A stretch of 20,000 bases of DNA from Priapulus caudatus (GCF_000485595.1 NW_014577090.1:853745-873744); one strand, 5' to 3'. Positions 1 through 12,545 are shown, counted from the first letter of the stretch. A program made the numbers and translations. The notes: generated from the sequence alone by a model not told the origin.

Positions 1-225
1 GCGTGTGGTGGCGTATGTGCGTGCGTGCGTAGTATGTTGTGTTTGCGTGTGCACTGTGCGTGTCTGTAATGTCTGTCTGCTGTCTCCATCCGTCCGTCTG
101 CTGCCTGTCTTGTCTGATCCGTTCGTTCTTGTTGTCCTGTCTGTCTCTGTCTTTTGTTGTCCATCGTAGTCTCTGTCATGTCTGTCTGTAGTTGAGTGCC
201 TGACTCTTGTTAATCTCAGGATCGT

Positions 226-484
226 CTAGATGATCGGTACACGAAGGAGCTCTGTCTTTGTCTGCTTTCTTTTTTTTACCAGACGGAAGCCGCGAAAGCG
301 TCTTCGCGACGCCTTCGAGCTCTGTTTCTGTCGCGCCAGATGTCGTCGTCACCTCCACTACTACGTCGTCGGTGTTGACGCCATCCACGCTTCGCGCGCT
401 CGTTAATAGCTGCCTGCAGTCCAGCAGCGGCGGCAGTGCCCGCGTGCTTTCGTTCTGTCCGTCAGCTTTATGGCTTGCGCGGCA
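226..484 (-). CDS. Probable terminal sGC exon ending in polybasic + CaaX motif; indel-damaged here
   Basis: Acceptor cgttctcacag at 485-495 and stop TAG at 226-228. The inverted copy (12997-13271) reads in one frame to ...KKKQKQKSSLCTII*. Confidence 0.6.
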
Positions 485-623
485 CTGTGAGAACGAGACA
501 GCGCGCAAGCTGGAGACTGCTCCCGGATAGTCGCGAGGCAGGTGTCGGAGCGATCACTTTCTGTAAAACAGCAAATACAGTACCGGAGATTATGATATGC
601 TGATGTGAGTGCGCGAGCAGCAA

Positions 624-896
624 CCCGGGCGTAGACTGAGCAAATTCTAGCGGAGGGTGGGCAAATTTCAATGACTCAACTGTGTATGATGAGCGACGGC
701 GCAAGCTCTTCGATCGACGTCCATAGTGTGGTAGGGTGGGTCAGGCAACAAGGCTTGGGAGCAGAGGCTCCAGATATAGTGACGCCAAAAAATCGCGTTA
801 GTGTTATTTTACGATTATTGGGTAAGCTACTTATTTTAATTGTGGCCAAAAGTCTAGGGGATGCCCGCATTCCCTCCCAGCTGCTACGGCCGTCTG
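624..896. mobile_element. Putative ~270-bp hAT-type MITE in the last sGC intron (partial copy at ~12183-12869)
   Basis: Imperfect TIRs: cccgggcgtagactgag (624) and ctgctacggccgtctg (881-896). The duplicate copy shows a cleaner end, ctcagttacggccctg (12854-12869; revcomp CAGGGCCGTAACTGAG). Confidence 0.45.
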
Positions 897-909
897 CAAT
901 ACCGTATAC

Positions 910-1167
910 CTGCTGTCGGCATGTGCCGATATAACTTGCTAGCTGTTCATCTCCGCTGCTTAGTTCAATCACAACTGTGTAATGGACAGACGCGTCCACT
1001 ATCGAGCGAGACTCGCGCGCCAGAAGCTGAGCATGCCGTCCTCCATCTCTCCGAAGTCTGGACACACGAAATCTCGACCGCGACCACGAAGCAGCAAGCG
1101 CACCGGAAGCTCCTACGCGACTTTGATTTGTCGGAAATAACTCGTAATCACCGTTACGTCAAGCTGC
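910..1167 (-). CDS. Probable penultimate sGC exon (end of cyclase domain plus linker); frame broken by indels in this sequence
   Basis: Acceptor tttctcttctcag|g at 1167 and candidate donor cag|gtatac at 910. A consensus with the inverted copy (11972 onward) gives about RQLD..GDY.F.DNPS(R/S)EELPVRCCFV, resembling the SREELP..ICHFL end of sGC alpha cyclase domains. Confidence 0.6.
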
Positions 1168-1180
1168 CTGAGAAGAGAAA

Positions 1181-1406
1181 GTGTGGTGTTATAGGCAGCG
1201 CTGCGAGGCCAAGTGCGATGTTATAGAGGGCGCTGAGAGGATGTGCAAAGTTATAGGCGGCGCTGCGAGGAAGTGCGATGTTATAGAGGGCGCTGAGAGG
1301 ATGTGCAAAGTTATAGACGGCACTGCAAGGAAGTGCGATGGTATAGAGGGCGCTGAGAGGATGTGCAAAGTTATAGACGGCACTGCAAGGAAGTGCGATG
1401 TTATAC
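1181..1406. repeat. 30-bp minisatellite with alternating A/B units (60-bp higher-order repeat)
   Basis: GTGCGATGTTATAGAGGGCGCTGAGAGGAT alternates with GTGCAAAGTTATAG(G/A)CGGC(G/A)CTGC(G/A)AGGAA for about 7.5 units. There is a stray unit at ~1561-1604 and a shorter inverted copy at ~11795-11960. Confidence 0.92.
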
Positions 1407-1787
1407 GCTGAGATTGAATCACCACAGGTTTGTTACCATATGCAGTTGGATGATGAGACGCGTCGTCAGTCTAATAATTGGAGGGCTGACAGCCCGGACA
1501 ATAAAGCTGAATAAAACTATAAAGCTAGATAATAAAGCTAAGGCACATCGTCTCCTATAGTAGACACTGCGAGGAAGCGCAATGTTATAGAGGGTGCTTC
1601 AAGGTTTATACGTGCGTCTATCTGCGTATAAAAATGTGTTTTTAATATTTTTAATTAGGTTTTGTTGCGTGGCGCGTGATCATGGGACGTGGGGTAATGT
1701 CGTGGGTATATATCACATATCTAGGAGGTCATAGAGAGTTCCCAATGGCTAGAGTTCTCCTTATATCTTTCGGTATAAATAAATAAC

Positions 1788-1824
<37 letters not shown>

Positions 1825-1964
1825 CGGGAGAGATTGAGAGATAGATGTAGAGAGAAAGAAAGGGAGAAAGAGAGAGCGATAGATCGACAAAGAAATTATT
1901 GAGGAAGGAAATATGGCACAGTTGAAAGCGCACTGCAGAATATAGGAGAGGTCGGCTAGCTTAC

Positions 1965-2119
1965 CGTTTGGTTTCCAGACTAATGTTGACTATGTCTCCT
2001 TGTCCACCACTCTCCATGGTGTTAGCTACGGTGTTCGTGCTGCCGAACAGGCAGTAACGCGGCATTTTACTACCCACCACCCCCGCTGTTGTCGGCCCCG
2101 AGTGTATACCAACACGAAT
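1965..2119 (-). CDS. Soluble guanylate cyclase exon, catalytic domain ([14 protein letters not shown])
   Basis: [52 protein letters not shown]; acceptor tttcag|ATT, donor CG|gtaagc; 155 nt, phase 2. Confidence 0.95.
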
Positions 2120-2636
2120 CTGAAACCGCATGCAGGACACGCTCATTTTAACAGCGGTTACGTATATACATTGACCAGCTTATATAGAAGCTTATCGTCG
2201 GTCAAGCTTTCTGACTACAAATTAACTAGCCACCTATAGTAGTGATTAGTCTGCTAAGCTAGATCATACAATTAGCTAAATGCTTTGATCTGACATTTTG
2301 ATAGAATTTTCGGTTGCTTCGGTTGTATTCATGGCAACGAAAAGCGTCTCTCAGCGGACCGTGTGCGGGTGAGCCCGTGAGTGATCACCGCTGAGGGTGT
2401 GTGAGGATTCGTCCCCTTCATGATGAACAGAATGCTAGCCGGCTGCGTGTGTAATAAATGCTGCGGCAACAGCTAACCTTTTCTCTCATCACGACACACG
2501 CACTATACGCGCGCACACACGCACGCACGCACGCACGCACACACATTACCGCTCTCTTTCCCTCTCTGCCGCTCGCTCTCCGTCTCCCTCTCTCCTGCTT
2601 CTTCTTCGTCTTCCTCTATCGCACACCCTCTCTCAC

Positions 2637-2783
2637 CGTGATCGGAGTTTTCTCAACAGGAGACATGATCTTCTTGGTAGCTTGGATCATGCCGAGGCCC
2701 ATCGCAACCATCTGATCGGCGTGCGTGTCCGTGTAGACGGGCAGGGCACTAACGGCGACGTAAGCGTCACCTATAGTCTCCAC
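2637..2783 (-). CDS. Soluble guanylate cyclase exon, catalytic domain (VETIGDAY)
   Basis: Manual translation VETIGDAYVAVSALPVYTDTHADQMVAMGLGMIQATKKIMSPVEKTPIT; acceptor tctcag|GTG, donor ACG|gtgaga; 147 nt. It continues the ...IYK of the previous exon to give the canonical YKVETIGDAY. Confidence 0.95.
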
Positions 2784-2899
2784 CTGAGAACAACGTCGCC
2801 GTCGCGCGGGGAGAGAAGATAAGATGGAGAGAGATGTAGCTGCCGCTTACAGGCGGTTCCGCGTGCGAATGGTGGGTGAATAAGATGAGGGGGCGGCGG

Positions 2900-3145
2900 T
2901 GAAGGAGCAGCAGCAGGAGGAGGAGCAGCAGCAGCAGGAGGAGGAGCAGGAGGAGCAGCAGCAGCTGGAAGAGGAAGAGGAGCAGCAGATGGTGGTGGAT
3001 GTGGAGGAGGAGGAGGAGGAGGAGTAGTAGGAGGAGGAGGAGAAGGAGGAGGAGGGGGAGGAGGAGGGGAAAGAAGAAGAGGGGAGGATTGGGGAGAGGA
3101 GGAGTCGGAGGAATGAAGAAAAAGAGAAGAAAAAAGAGGAGAAAA
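2900..3145. repeat. (GGA)/(GCA) purine-rich trinucleotide low-complexity tract, intronic (inverted copy ~9812-10060)
   Basis: Direct inspection. Confidence 0.9.
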
Positions 3146-4019
3146 GAATCATAACATCATGCGACGTTTCGTGGCGTTATTGATCATGGCCATTGTTTTC
3201 AAATTCAAAACCAAACGTGGGAATAACTACATTTGCGCACTAGAACCTGTCAAAAGGCGGCTCTGTTGACATGCCCTATTAATTACTACAGGATGCGGAG
3301 TACGTGCATTCCCGTAATTAATTATGCCGGATCCGTCACAAGGCTTCACTATTGACGGCTCTCCCGTAATTATCTTCGCCGTATTACAGCCCAGGCACCG
3401 CGCACAGGTGAATCAAACATGCGAACAAGTAGCAGCAGAATGATTTCCATCTCCATGTTATATATATATACATATATATATGTAGATAAATTAAAGACAA
3501 GACATCACTTTTAGCTGTTACTCCGAGTTTCACGCTTATATTACGTTGGTCGGGGATAGAGAGATATTACGCCAGCACAGCCCGAGGCAGCAGTATATCA
3601 TGTGCCTAATTGTTATGTGTAATCTCCTATACTGCTGCGATACGAACTGCTGCGAGATATGAGCTCGTTGCTGTTGCTATAACAGCTGTATCGCAGCATC
3701 ACGGACACACGCACACCTGCATGATGATTCTCTAATTAACGACTCAGGTAGAGTGCTCCTAATATGGGAAATAAATTCGATTTTCAATGTGCTAGGTGGG
3801 ATTGCAGGAGCGATGATGAAGTGGATACGGAATATGCGCTAGCGTCATGCTGGCACGGGCACGTTTTTTAATAGCCGATCTTGCCAATAGCAGATCTGAT
3901 CATAAGAAAGAGCAAAGTTCTTCATAGTTTTGAGATAGGACTTGAACATAGGACAAAGAAACATGTGTGACTGTCTTCATTTATTATTTAATGCGTTCGA
4001 CGATGGATAGGCCTACACA

Positions 4020-4028
4020 GACACATGC

Positions 4029-4069
<41 letters not shown>

Positions 4070-4136
4070 CACACGCACGTACACGCACATATAAACACGC
4101 AGGCACGCACGCACGCGCGCATGCACATACACGCAC
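4020..4136. repeat. (GCAC)n microsatellite
   Basis: Direct inspection. Confidence 0.9.
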
Positions 4137-5429
4137 CGCGACACATCATATGGTTTTAATGGACATGCGGTTTATTTAGCGAGAAAGGTATTGTGTTGCA
4201 TGTGGCGCAGGTATTGCATATGGCACGTAGTGTAAACAATCAGTTTACTCAAGCTAACCCCAATAGATATCGCGTGCGCGCGATATAGAAGCCCGCGCGT
4301 AATAGCTTGCTATGTTCGCGGTGCTGCAGCTCGCTTGATGCTTCAGAGAAGGAATATTTTGCTAAAATATTTACTAGTGCGACAAGTTCTGACACCCTAA
4401 CATTATACAAGCCCGAACGAAAACGTAAAATATAACGTAGAGAACAATAAAAAAAAAGTAAAGAAGATAAATTCTACAAGATTCGCAACGGTTCTTCGTT
4501 ATCTGCTTATCAGTTCGGTCTCACAATCGCTCTACATCAGTTTCTAGGATTTGTCATGGAACCGCAGCAACAGACGAGAGAACGAGAGGCAGAGGCGAGT
4601 AGAAACAGGGCTTCACTGAGCGCCGGACGCACCGTTAGACGAGGCCACCCGCGTAAAAAGCATTCAACAGCTCAGAATTCTGACGGGCAGCGTGGTTGAC
4701 CCCTGAAGGTCACGAGATCAACGCGCTTGCCCCTGAGGGTCACGACACATTATTAAATATGTGTAAACGTCGACCTATATACTTAGTGTAATAATTATGA
4801 AACATTCGTATGTGTTTAATAATGCTACGCGTGTAGGCGTATATAAATGTATGTACGATAGTTAAAGTATCAAAGTAGTCAGAGGTGGTATTAAGACATT
4901 GCTTGGCTCGACAGCTAGTGTATGATTCCTAATTAGCATGAGAAACATCACAGATATGTCAATGACGACGTTCTCGTATCTTTATTTGTATTATGTGGTT
5001 AAGCATCATCCTATAGAAACTTGCCGCAACAATACATTGTTAATATGCATTAAGCATCTCATGGCAACTGACCACATCTAGATTATAACAGCGAGACCAT
5101 GACACAGAACATCAATATAGAAATAAAAACTAGCATAGCATAATACATTGTTCATATAAAATACTAGTCGCGTGACCAACACGAGTTAATAACGACGACT
5201 TCAGCGATTGTTTATTCTATACGGGACAATATAGCTTACAGCGGCTGTAACAGTTAGCCATCACAGTGACTTGAGTTATGGTGAACTCTTATGTAAGCTG
5301 CTACTGGGCAGAAGGCAGATGTGACATGAAGATGGTCCGTAGTCGGCATTGGCAATATTATAGTAGAATGAAACTTCCAAATTTTTTCGCACAGCGATGT
5401 AGATGACAGCCGTGACAATGCCATATTGA

Positions 5430-5730
5430 TGACACATAACATGGTCACGCAAGCACAATAATCTAATGCAGAATGTAACACAGTCATGTAACAGGGTTAC
5501 GTAAAATCTGGTCATGTAACACGGCAATCTGTAGCATGATAATGTAACACAGTCATGCAACATGATCATGGAACACGGCGTCTTAAATAACAAGCCAATA
5601 TAACAGTAATTTAACGTGGTTACCTCAAACATGGTAATGTAACGGTGTCTATACCTCGATAAAATTGCAAGATGTAATATAACACGATAATATAAAGTGT
5701 AACATAGTCACGTACACTCGCATGTAAACA
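5430..5730. repeat. Degenerate ~12-13-bp tandem repeat (ATGTAACACRGTC-like)
   Basis: Recurring atgtaacacagtc / atgtaacacggc / atgtaacggtg / gtgtaacatagtc. Confidence 0.65.
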
Positions 5731-5867
5731 TAATTTCACATATCAATCTATAACACCATAATATAACTTAATAGAAAGATCATGATACTAATAAAAAGGT
5801 AATAGAAATCACCGGTTAGCAGTACGCTCAACCCAGAATTAGACTCATCAACAATGACAAACGTCAA

Positions 5868-5877
5868 NNNNNNNNNN
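5868..5877. other. Assembly gap (10 N)
   Basis: Run of N. Confidence 1.
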
Positions 5878-8800
5878 GTTCTGAATGGGGGGAGGGGTTT
5901 GTCATATAATATAATGACTTTTTTCAAACAACTATTAGTCAACAACCAATTCCGCTGTGTAATTATTGAAATTTATTCCAATTTAAAAGTTTGTTCCACA
6001 GTAATATTTGAAGATCTCACTCTTAAATTATTATAAGATTTATTATAATAAAATACAGTGTAAATTATGCCGCAAATAAAGTGCAAAACTTCAGAGTACA
6101 CTCAGTACAGTATAATTATTATGCTTGCTCCTCCACTGCCCGTAGCTACGCTTCAAAAAATCTAAAAATTCTCAGAAGATGCATGCGAAGTACGGCCTAT
6201 CATACGATCGATTGTTACTGTATGCGTTTGTCTGGAACACTACCGGCCCCTTGTTTGTGATCCATTTGGCACAACCGGCGTCAGCCGGGTCCCGCATATC
6301 AAATCGTGCACGATGTCCCGGCCACGGCTGGGACCCGCAGTGAAAGCCAGAAAGGGTTTAGCCATGGATAGTCGAAAGAGAAAGAACATTACCGGCACTA
6401 TGGATGCCTTTTTAACAAAGGTACGACATCCAGACGACGAGTCTCAAAACGAAAGTGAAACTTCTAGGCCTACTTCTGAACTTTGCCTGTGAGAATGAAA
6501 GAGACCTAACTACAGGACAACTTAGCGGGGGGGCCTGTCCAAGCCGGAAACGCTATGGAACAGGCCATTTGGAACTGGAAACAGGGACCACAGGCACCGG
6601 CAGCAACCGATCAAACTAACAGGCCTAATCTAGCCCAGAACCGTGGAAATGACTCACGATAAAACTGCAGCACAGCAAGGAGAATCTCGATATAGGTGTA
6701 TGTGTGAGAATAACTGACAAACAGCATCATACAAATATTGACAGGCAAGTGGTATTCCAAAAGGTTACACGTTTCCTACTAAGACATGTTTTCAGTGCGA
6801 AAAACAGAAAGTTCAACGCCTCCTGGTTGAATGAACAACCATGGCCTAAGGTACTTCTGCATTAGTAAAGGACGGTGTTTATGTGTTTACTGTCGGGGGG
6901 TTTTTTTATTTTTTTCGGTACCGGCAGCGTGTGCAGTGCGCTGAAAGCGCGTTCATTTCGGGATGCACAGCCTGTGAGTGACTGGTAAAAACATTTCTTT
7001 ATGATTAAAGACGGCACCTCTAGAAATGTTAATGTAAGGGCCATCTAACAAACACTGTCAAAGCATGGAGAGGTTATTCCTGTCTGTATCCACTTGGTAA
7101 ACAAAAAGATGTACGTAGTCAGTTGTCATCAGCTTTTTCAAAAGCAAATAGAACGTAACCATAAAATCATATCTAGCTCATACTCGATGTAATATTCTTT
7201 GTGGTAAAGAACTCCATTTAAGAGGGAGAACTGAAACAGAAGCCAATTTTATGGCTCATCAATTTTCCATTGCTTCTAACGTTAACCCTTGTACTGAACA
7301 GCATCTTGCCAATGCCACCCCAACGCACATGCCTAAATCTGTCACCACATATACAAAATGAATTTGATTGAGCTTTGTGGAGAACAGATAAGGGATACCA
7401 GTTGTAAAAGTTTAATGATTCTCTTTGCTTCGGCTGATGTGCTGATGAGGCTACCGATTGTGCACACTTGAGCAAGTTGCAATGTGTGTTAGAATTTGTT
7501 ACAAAGGAAACAAACGATATCACAGTACGTGAGGCAGTTTCTTGGCTTCAAAGATGCGTAGTTCAGCTACAGGTGAAGCCCTTAGCAAACCATTCTGCCA
7601 AACACTTAGATAGTGCTGGCATCAATGCCAATAAGAATGAAGCCCAATGCTTATGATGGGGCCTCTAATATGAGCGGGAAAGTATAAAGGAGTACAGGCA
7701 GAATAAAGAGAATTTTATCCAGATGCCCTTATATCCATTGTCAGGCTCTTGCCTAAATTTGGCTATAGTTCATGCTGTAAGTGATCCGCGCTCATTAGAA
7801 TGATGATTGGGCACTGTTTCAAGGAATTGCATTTGCATGTTCCATACGTCTGCTTAAACGCCAGCTTCACTTTAAACTTGCCCATGATGGAGAGCGAAAC
7901 CGCCCAAAGAAAGATTGAAGAAAAGCCGGATAAACTTAGACCTCTGTGAAACTAGATGGAGCAGTCGACCTGATGCATTGTTTACTTTTAAAATCATCAC
8001 TTTTGACGTCGTTGTTGCATGGCTTTGGCGAACTAAGAGCTAAATAGTGCATTCTAAAGTCGTGCCTTCCGTTGCTGTCGAATCGCTGAAGTTCGAATTT
8101 ATTGTTTGCGTTAGTTGCAGCTGGAGAGCATTCTACAGAACGTTGTTCCCTTATCAAAATGCCCTACAACGGATAGATAATGACTTGCGTCACTTGCGGC
8201 CAAAAGAGATCCAGAGTCGCTTATCGGATTACCCTTAACGAAACTACGTACACGTTGATGGAAAGCTGGGATAAACTATACCAGACGCTACAAAACTAGC
8301 AGAAACATTGATTGTCCAACCTTACGGATGCTAGATAACTGGAAAGACAAGACCCACGAAGATAATGTATCTGCTGCCTGACCGAAGGAGTACTGCGAAG
8401 TGTCGTTGTTTATCCTTTTCTGGATCACCCCATCCTTATGGAACTAGAAACTTCGTCTCGTATATGTCCCAGTGACCGGTTTAGTGCCCAGCTACCTCGT
8501 GCCATCTAACCTCCACAAACTCAATCCTGAAATAGAGGCCAATCTCTTTGTTCCATTGGCCTAGCTGAGTAGTTCCGCATGAGATGCCGCCATTGCAGGA
8601 AAGTGAACTTCTCTAGGTGGAAGACACAAATGGCACGCGCGGACAGGATGACATTCCATGATTCCATATTGTGAGACCACTGCGTCAATGCTGAACACTG
8701 ATCTGCTATCCAAACATATCCGTTGTCACTGACAGTGCCTACTAACCATGCCAAGATCTTCGGCAACTGCTGAAGGTCTTTCCAGCGCAATGCGCCAGAA

Positions 8801-9384
8801 TCAAAAAAACTACATCGTTCTACAATAATGAAGAGAGACTCAGCGGTTTGGCACTCCATGCAATCCACAGAGAGCTTTGCAATTGACGTTGATGCTGGTG
8901 CCTGAAAACATTTGCATCAGCCATGGCAATGTGGGATAGCTCTCGCCTCTCTATTAGGCTAACTAAACATTTACTACGCTACAGTTGTATCAAAGACAAT
9001 TACTGGCTATTTAGTTGTAATCAAAAGACATTTCTTGGCCTTCTTTGTATCTACAAGTATCAGAAGTTGAACAAGTAAAGACTACTCTCGTACATGTAGC
9101 TTGCATTTAATTTTAAATACATCTATGTAGTATTGAATTACGTACTATTTTAACTCGTTTGCTTTTGGGACGGTTTCAAAGTGATTGGAAATTGAGGCGC
9201 GTCTCAAAGTTAGCAAGAGGCCAGGCGAACCAGAATGAACACTCGGAGAAAGCGCCGTTTCCGCGCCATATCTGGGGGTTGTAAAACTCCAAAAATTTCC
9301 TTGTACGCTCCGCGCCAACCAATTTGGTGGCGCTCGCCTCAATAGTCGCTGCTACAACTTTGAAAATCCTGGCTACTGCCCCTG
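5878..9384 (+). mobile_element. hAT-superfamily DNA transposon (ZMYM1/THAP12-PRKRIR-like transposase)
   Basis: Contains transposase motifs (see next feature). The right terminus aaaatcctggctactgcccctg (9363-9384; revcomp CAGGGGCAGTAGCCAGGATTTT) is typical of hAT TIRs. The left end runs into the N gap, so the left TIR and TSD are not visible. Confidence 0.85.
6364..8960 (+). pseudogene. hAT transposase, heavily frameshifted (TTF-type Zn finger, DUF4371-like core, hAT C-terminal dimerisation domain)
   Basis: Motifs pieced together across frames: MDSRKRK (6364), RKFNASWLNEQPW (~6806), SPHIQNE (~7342), ADEATDC (~7441), QCYDGASNMSGKYKGVQA (~7646), CLNLAIVHA (~7750), LCETRWSSR (~7942), SSATAERSFSAMR (~8757). 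End coordinate approximate. Confidence 0.88.
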
Positions 9385-9422
9385 TATTATATAATATATA
9401 TATGATTATATGTGTGTGTGTA

Positions 9423-9469
<47 letters not shown>

Positions 9470-9485
9470 TTGTATAATATATATA
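9385..9485. repeat. (TA)n microsatellite between the hAT right end and the duplicated block
   Basis: Direct inspection; homologous to the shorter (TA)n at ~3459-3481. Confidence 0.9.
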
Positions 9486-10910
9486 ACATGGAGTAATGGA
9501 AATCATTCTGCTGCTACTTGTTCGCATGTTTTGAGCCACCTCGTGCGCGGGTGCCTGGGCTGTAATACGGCGAAGTATTACGCGTGGAGAACCGCTCAAT
9601 AGTGAAGCTTGTGACGGATCCTCGGATGATTAATTACGGAATGCACGTACTCCGCATCCTGGAGTAATTAATAGGGCAGGTCAACAGAAACCGCCTTTTG
9701 ACAGCGTATTCTAGCTGCGCAATGTAGTTATTCCCACTGTTTGGTTTTGAATGGTTGAAAACAATGGCTCATGGATCAATAACGCCACGAAACGATCGCA
9801 TGATGTTAGGATTCTTTTCTCTCTTTTTTCTTCTTTTTTCTTCATTCCTCTGATCCTCCTCTCCCCAATCCTCCCCTCTTTCTTCTTTCCCTCCTCTCTC
9901 CTCCTCCTTCTCCTCCTCCTCCTCCCCTACTTCCTCCTCCTCTCCTCCTCCTCCTCCACATCACCCACCATTCTGCTGCTCTCTGTCCTCTTCCAGCTGC
10001 TTGCTGTCCTGCTGCTCCTCCCTCCTGCTGCTGCTGCGTCACTTCTGCTCGCTGCTCCTTCACCGCGCCCCCTCATCTTATATCACCACCATTGCACGCC
10101 GGAACCGCCTGTAAGCGGCAGCCTACATCTCTCTCCATCTTAATCTTCTCTCCGCGCGACGGCGACGCTTGTCTCAGGGGGAGACTATAGGTGGACGCTT
10201 ACGTCGCCGTTTAGTGCGCTGCGTCTTACACGGACACGCACGCGATTTAGATGTGTTGCGATGCGGCATCGGGCATGATCCAAGCTACCAAGAAGATCAT
10301 GTCTCCTGGTGGTGCAGAAAACTCGATCACGGTGAGAGGGGTGGCGATAGCAGGAAGACGAAGAAGAAGCCAGGAGATGAGGGAGACGGAGAGCGAGCGG
10401 CAGGGAGAGGGGAAAAGCGCGGTAATGTGTGTGCTGTGCGTGCGTGCGTGCGTGTGTGCGCGCGTATAGTGGCGTGTTTTCGTGATGAGAGGAAGGTTAG
10501 CTGGTTAACCGCAGCAATTTCATTACACAGCGCAGGCCGGCTAGATTCTGTTCTCATGAAGGACGAATCCTCACACACTCAGCGGTGATTCACTCACGGG
10601 CTCCCAGCAAAACGCCCGCTGGAGAGACGCTTTTCGTTGCATGAATTACGAACGAAGACAACCGAAAATTCTATCAAATTCAGATCAAAGCATTTAGCTA
10701 ATGCACGGAATCTAAGCTTAGCAGACTAATCACTAGCGATAGGTGGCCTAGTTAAATTTGTAGTCAGACAGCTGCTTGACCGACCGATAAGCTCCTATAT
10801 CAAGCTGCGTCAATGTTTTATTATATTACGTAACCGCTGTTAAAATGAGCGTGTGCCTGCATGCGGTTTCACGAATTCGTCGTTGTAATACACTCGGGGC
10901 CGACCAACAG

Positions 10911-10946
10911 CCCCCCCCCCCCCCCCCCCCCCCCCCACCCCCCCCG

Positions 10947-11023
<77 letters not shown>

Positions 11024-11058
11024 ACCCCCCCCCCCCCCCCCCCCCCCCCCCGCCCCCC
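10911..11058. repeat. Poly-C tract inserted in the duplicated exon, probable sequencing artefact
   Basis: It interrupts ...ccgacaacag^cggggtggtggg..., which is contiguous in the intact exon at ~2073-2096. Confidence 0.85.
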
Positions 11059-12224
11059 TGCGGGGTGGTGGGTAGTAAGATGCCCGCTGTTACTGCGCTG
11101 TCCGCAGCCACGAACCACCGTAGCTAACACCATGGAGCAGTGGTGGACAAGGCAGACAAAGTCAACATTAGTCTGGAAACAAACGGTAAGCTAAGCCGAC
11201 CTCTCCTATATTCTGCAGTGCGCTTTCACTGCCTGCCCATATTTCCTTCCCAATATTTCTTCGTCGATCTATCGCTCTCTCTTATCTCCCTTTCATTTCT
11301 CTCTACACTATCTCTCTATCTCTCCCGCTATATATATATATATATGATATATCATATATATATATATATTCATACACAATAGTTATTTATTTATTCACCG
11401 AAAGATATAAGAGAACCTCTAGCCATTCGCGGGAACTCTCTATGACCTCCGCTGATTATGTGATATACATATATACCCACGACATTACTCCACGTCCATG
11501 ATCACGCGCCACGGAACAAACCTAATCCTAAAAATATTAAAAACCACATTCTTATACGTCAGATACACGGCACGTATAAAACCTTGAAGCACCCTCTATA
11601 ACATTGCGCTTCCTCGCAGTGTCTACTATAGAGACGATGCTGGCCTTAAGCTTTATTATCTAGCTTATAGTTTATACGCATAGTTTTATTCAGTTTATTG
11701 TCCGGGCCTGTCAGCCTCAATTATTAGACTGGAACGACGGTCTCAATCTCCAAACTGAATATCGGTTAACAAACTGTGGCTGATCAATCTCAGGTATAAC
11801 ATTCGCACTCCTTGCAGCGCGCCTATAACTTTGCAGCATTCTCTCAGCGCCCTCTATCAACATCAAATTTCTCTTCGTTAGCGCGCATACATTGCACATT
11901 CTCTCAGCGCCCTCTATAACATCGCACTTACTCGCAAGCGCTGCCTTATAACATCACACTTTCTTTCTCAGGCCAGCTTGACGTACGGGTGATTACGCAT
12001 TTTTTCGACAATCCAAGTTCGGAGGAGCTTCCGGTGCGCTGCTGCTTCGTGTCGCGCAGAGTTCGTGTGTCCAGGACTTCGCGAGAAGATGGAAGGAGGA
12101 TGCTCAACTTCCTGCGCGCCGAGTCATCGCTCGATGATGACGCGTCTGTTCCACACACAGTGTTGAGTGATAGTAGCGGAGAGAAGGGGGGCAGTCCCCT
12201 AGATTTTGAGAGCACAATTAAAAA

Positions 12225-12545
12225 ACTAGACAGAGGGCACTCACGGAGAGTGATACCTCCGCCAGATCTAACATGTATAGTGTAGCGAGTGCTCGCGCTG
12301 CGCTGTTGCTGCTGGGCTTGACTGACTCGCGCCTGACCTGCTGACTCGCCGCTCGTAGGTGGCGGCTGCTGACTCGACCGCTCGCTGCGTGGTTGCTGCT
12401 GACTCACTCGCCTGCTGCTGGATCGCCGCTCCGCTGACTCGACACGTATCGAATCGCGCCGCCCGCTTGCTGACTCCGACACGCTATCGATCGCGCCGCC
12501 CGCTCGCTGACTCGACGCGCCTTATTCGATCGCGCGCGCGGGACT

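Noticed and set aside
1181..1411. CRISPR-like array or repeat protein (CKVIxGxARKCDVIEGAERM)
   Set aside because: The units are head-to-tail with no unique spacers, the context is a eukaryotic intron and there are no cas genes. It is a minisatellite.
2847..3152. Ser/Cys-rich or poly-Glu/Gln ORFs (also 9751-10143)
   Set aside because: Translations of an intronic trinucleotide low-complexity tract, with no splice or homology support.
6364..8960. Domesticated host gene (ZMYM1/THAP12) or programmed frameshifting
   Set aside because: It is intronless and has a TIR-like end, and the indels are too many and too random. A transposon copy with decay or read errors is the simpler explanation.
10840..11133. 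Poly-Pro / poly-Gly ORFs (formin- or extensin-like)
   Set aside because: They derive from a poly-C burst inserted in a duplicate of the cyclase exon. The intact exon at 1965-2119 has no such tract, so this is almost certainly a sequencing artefact.
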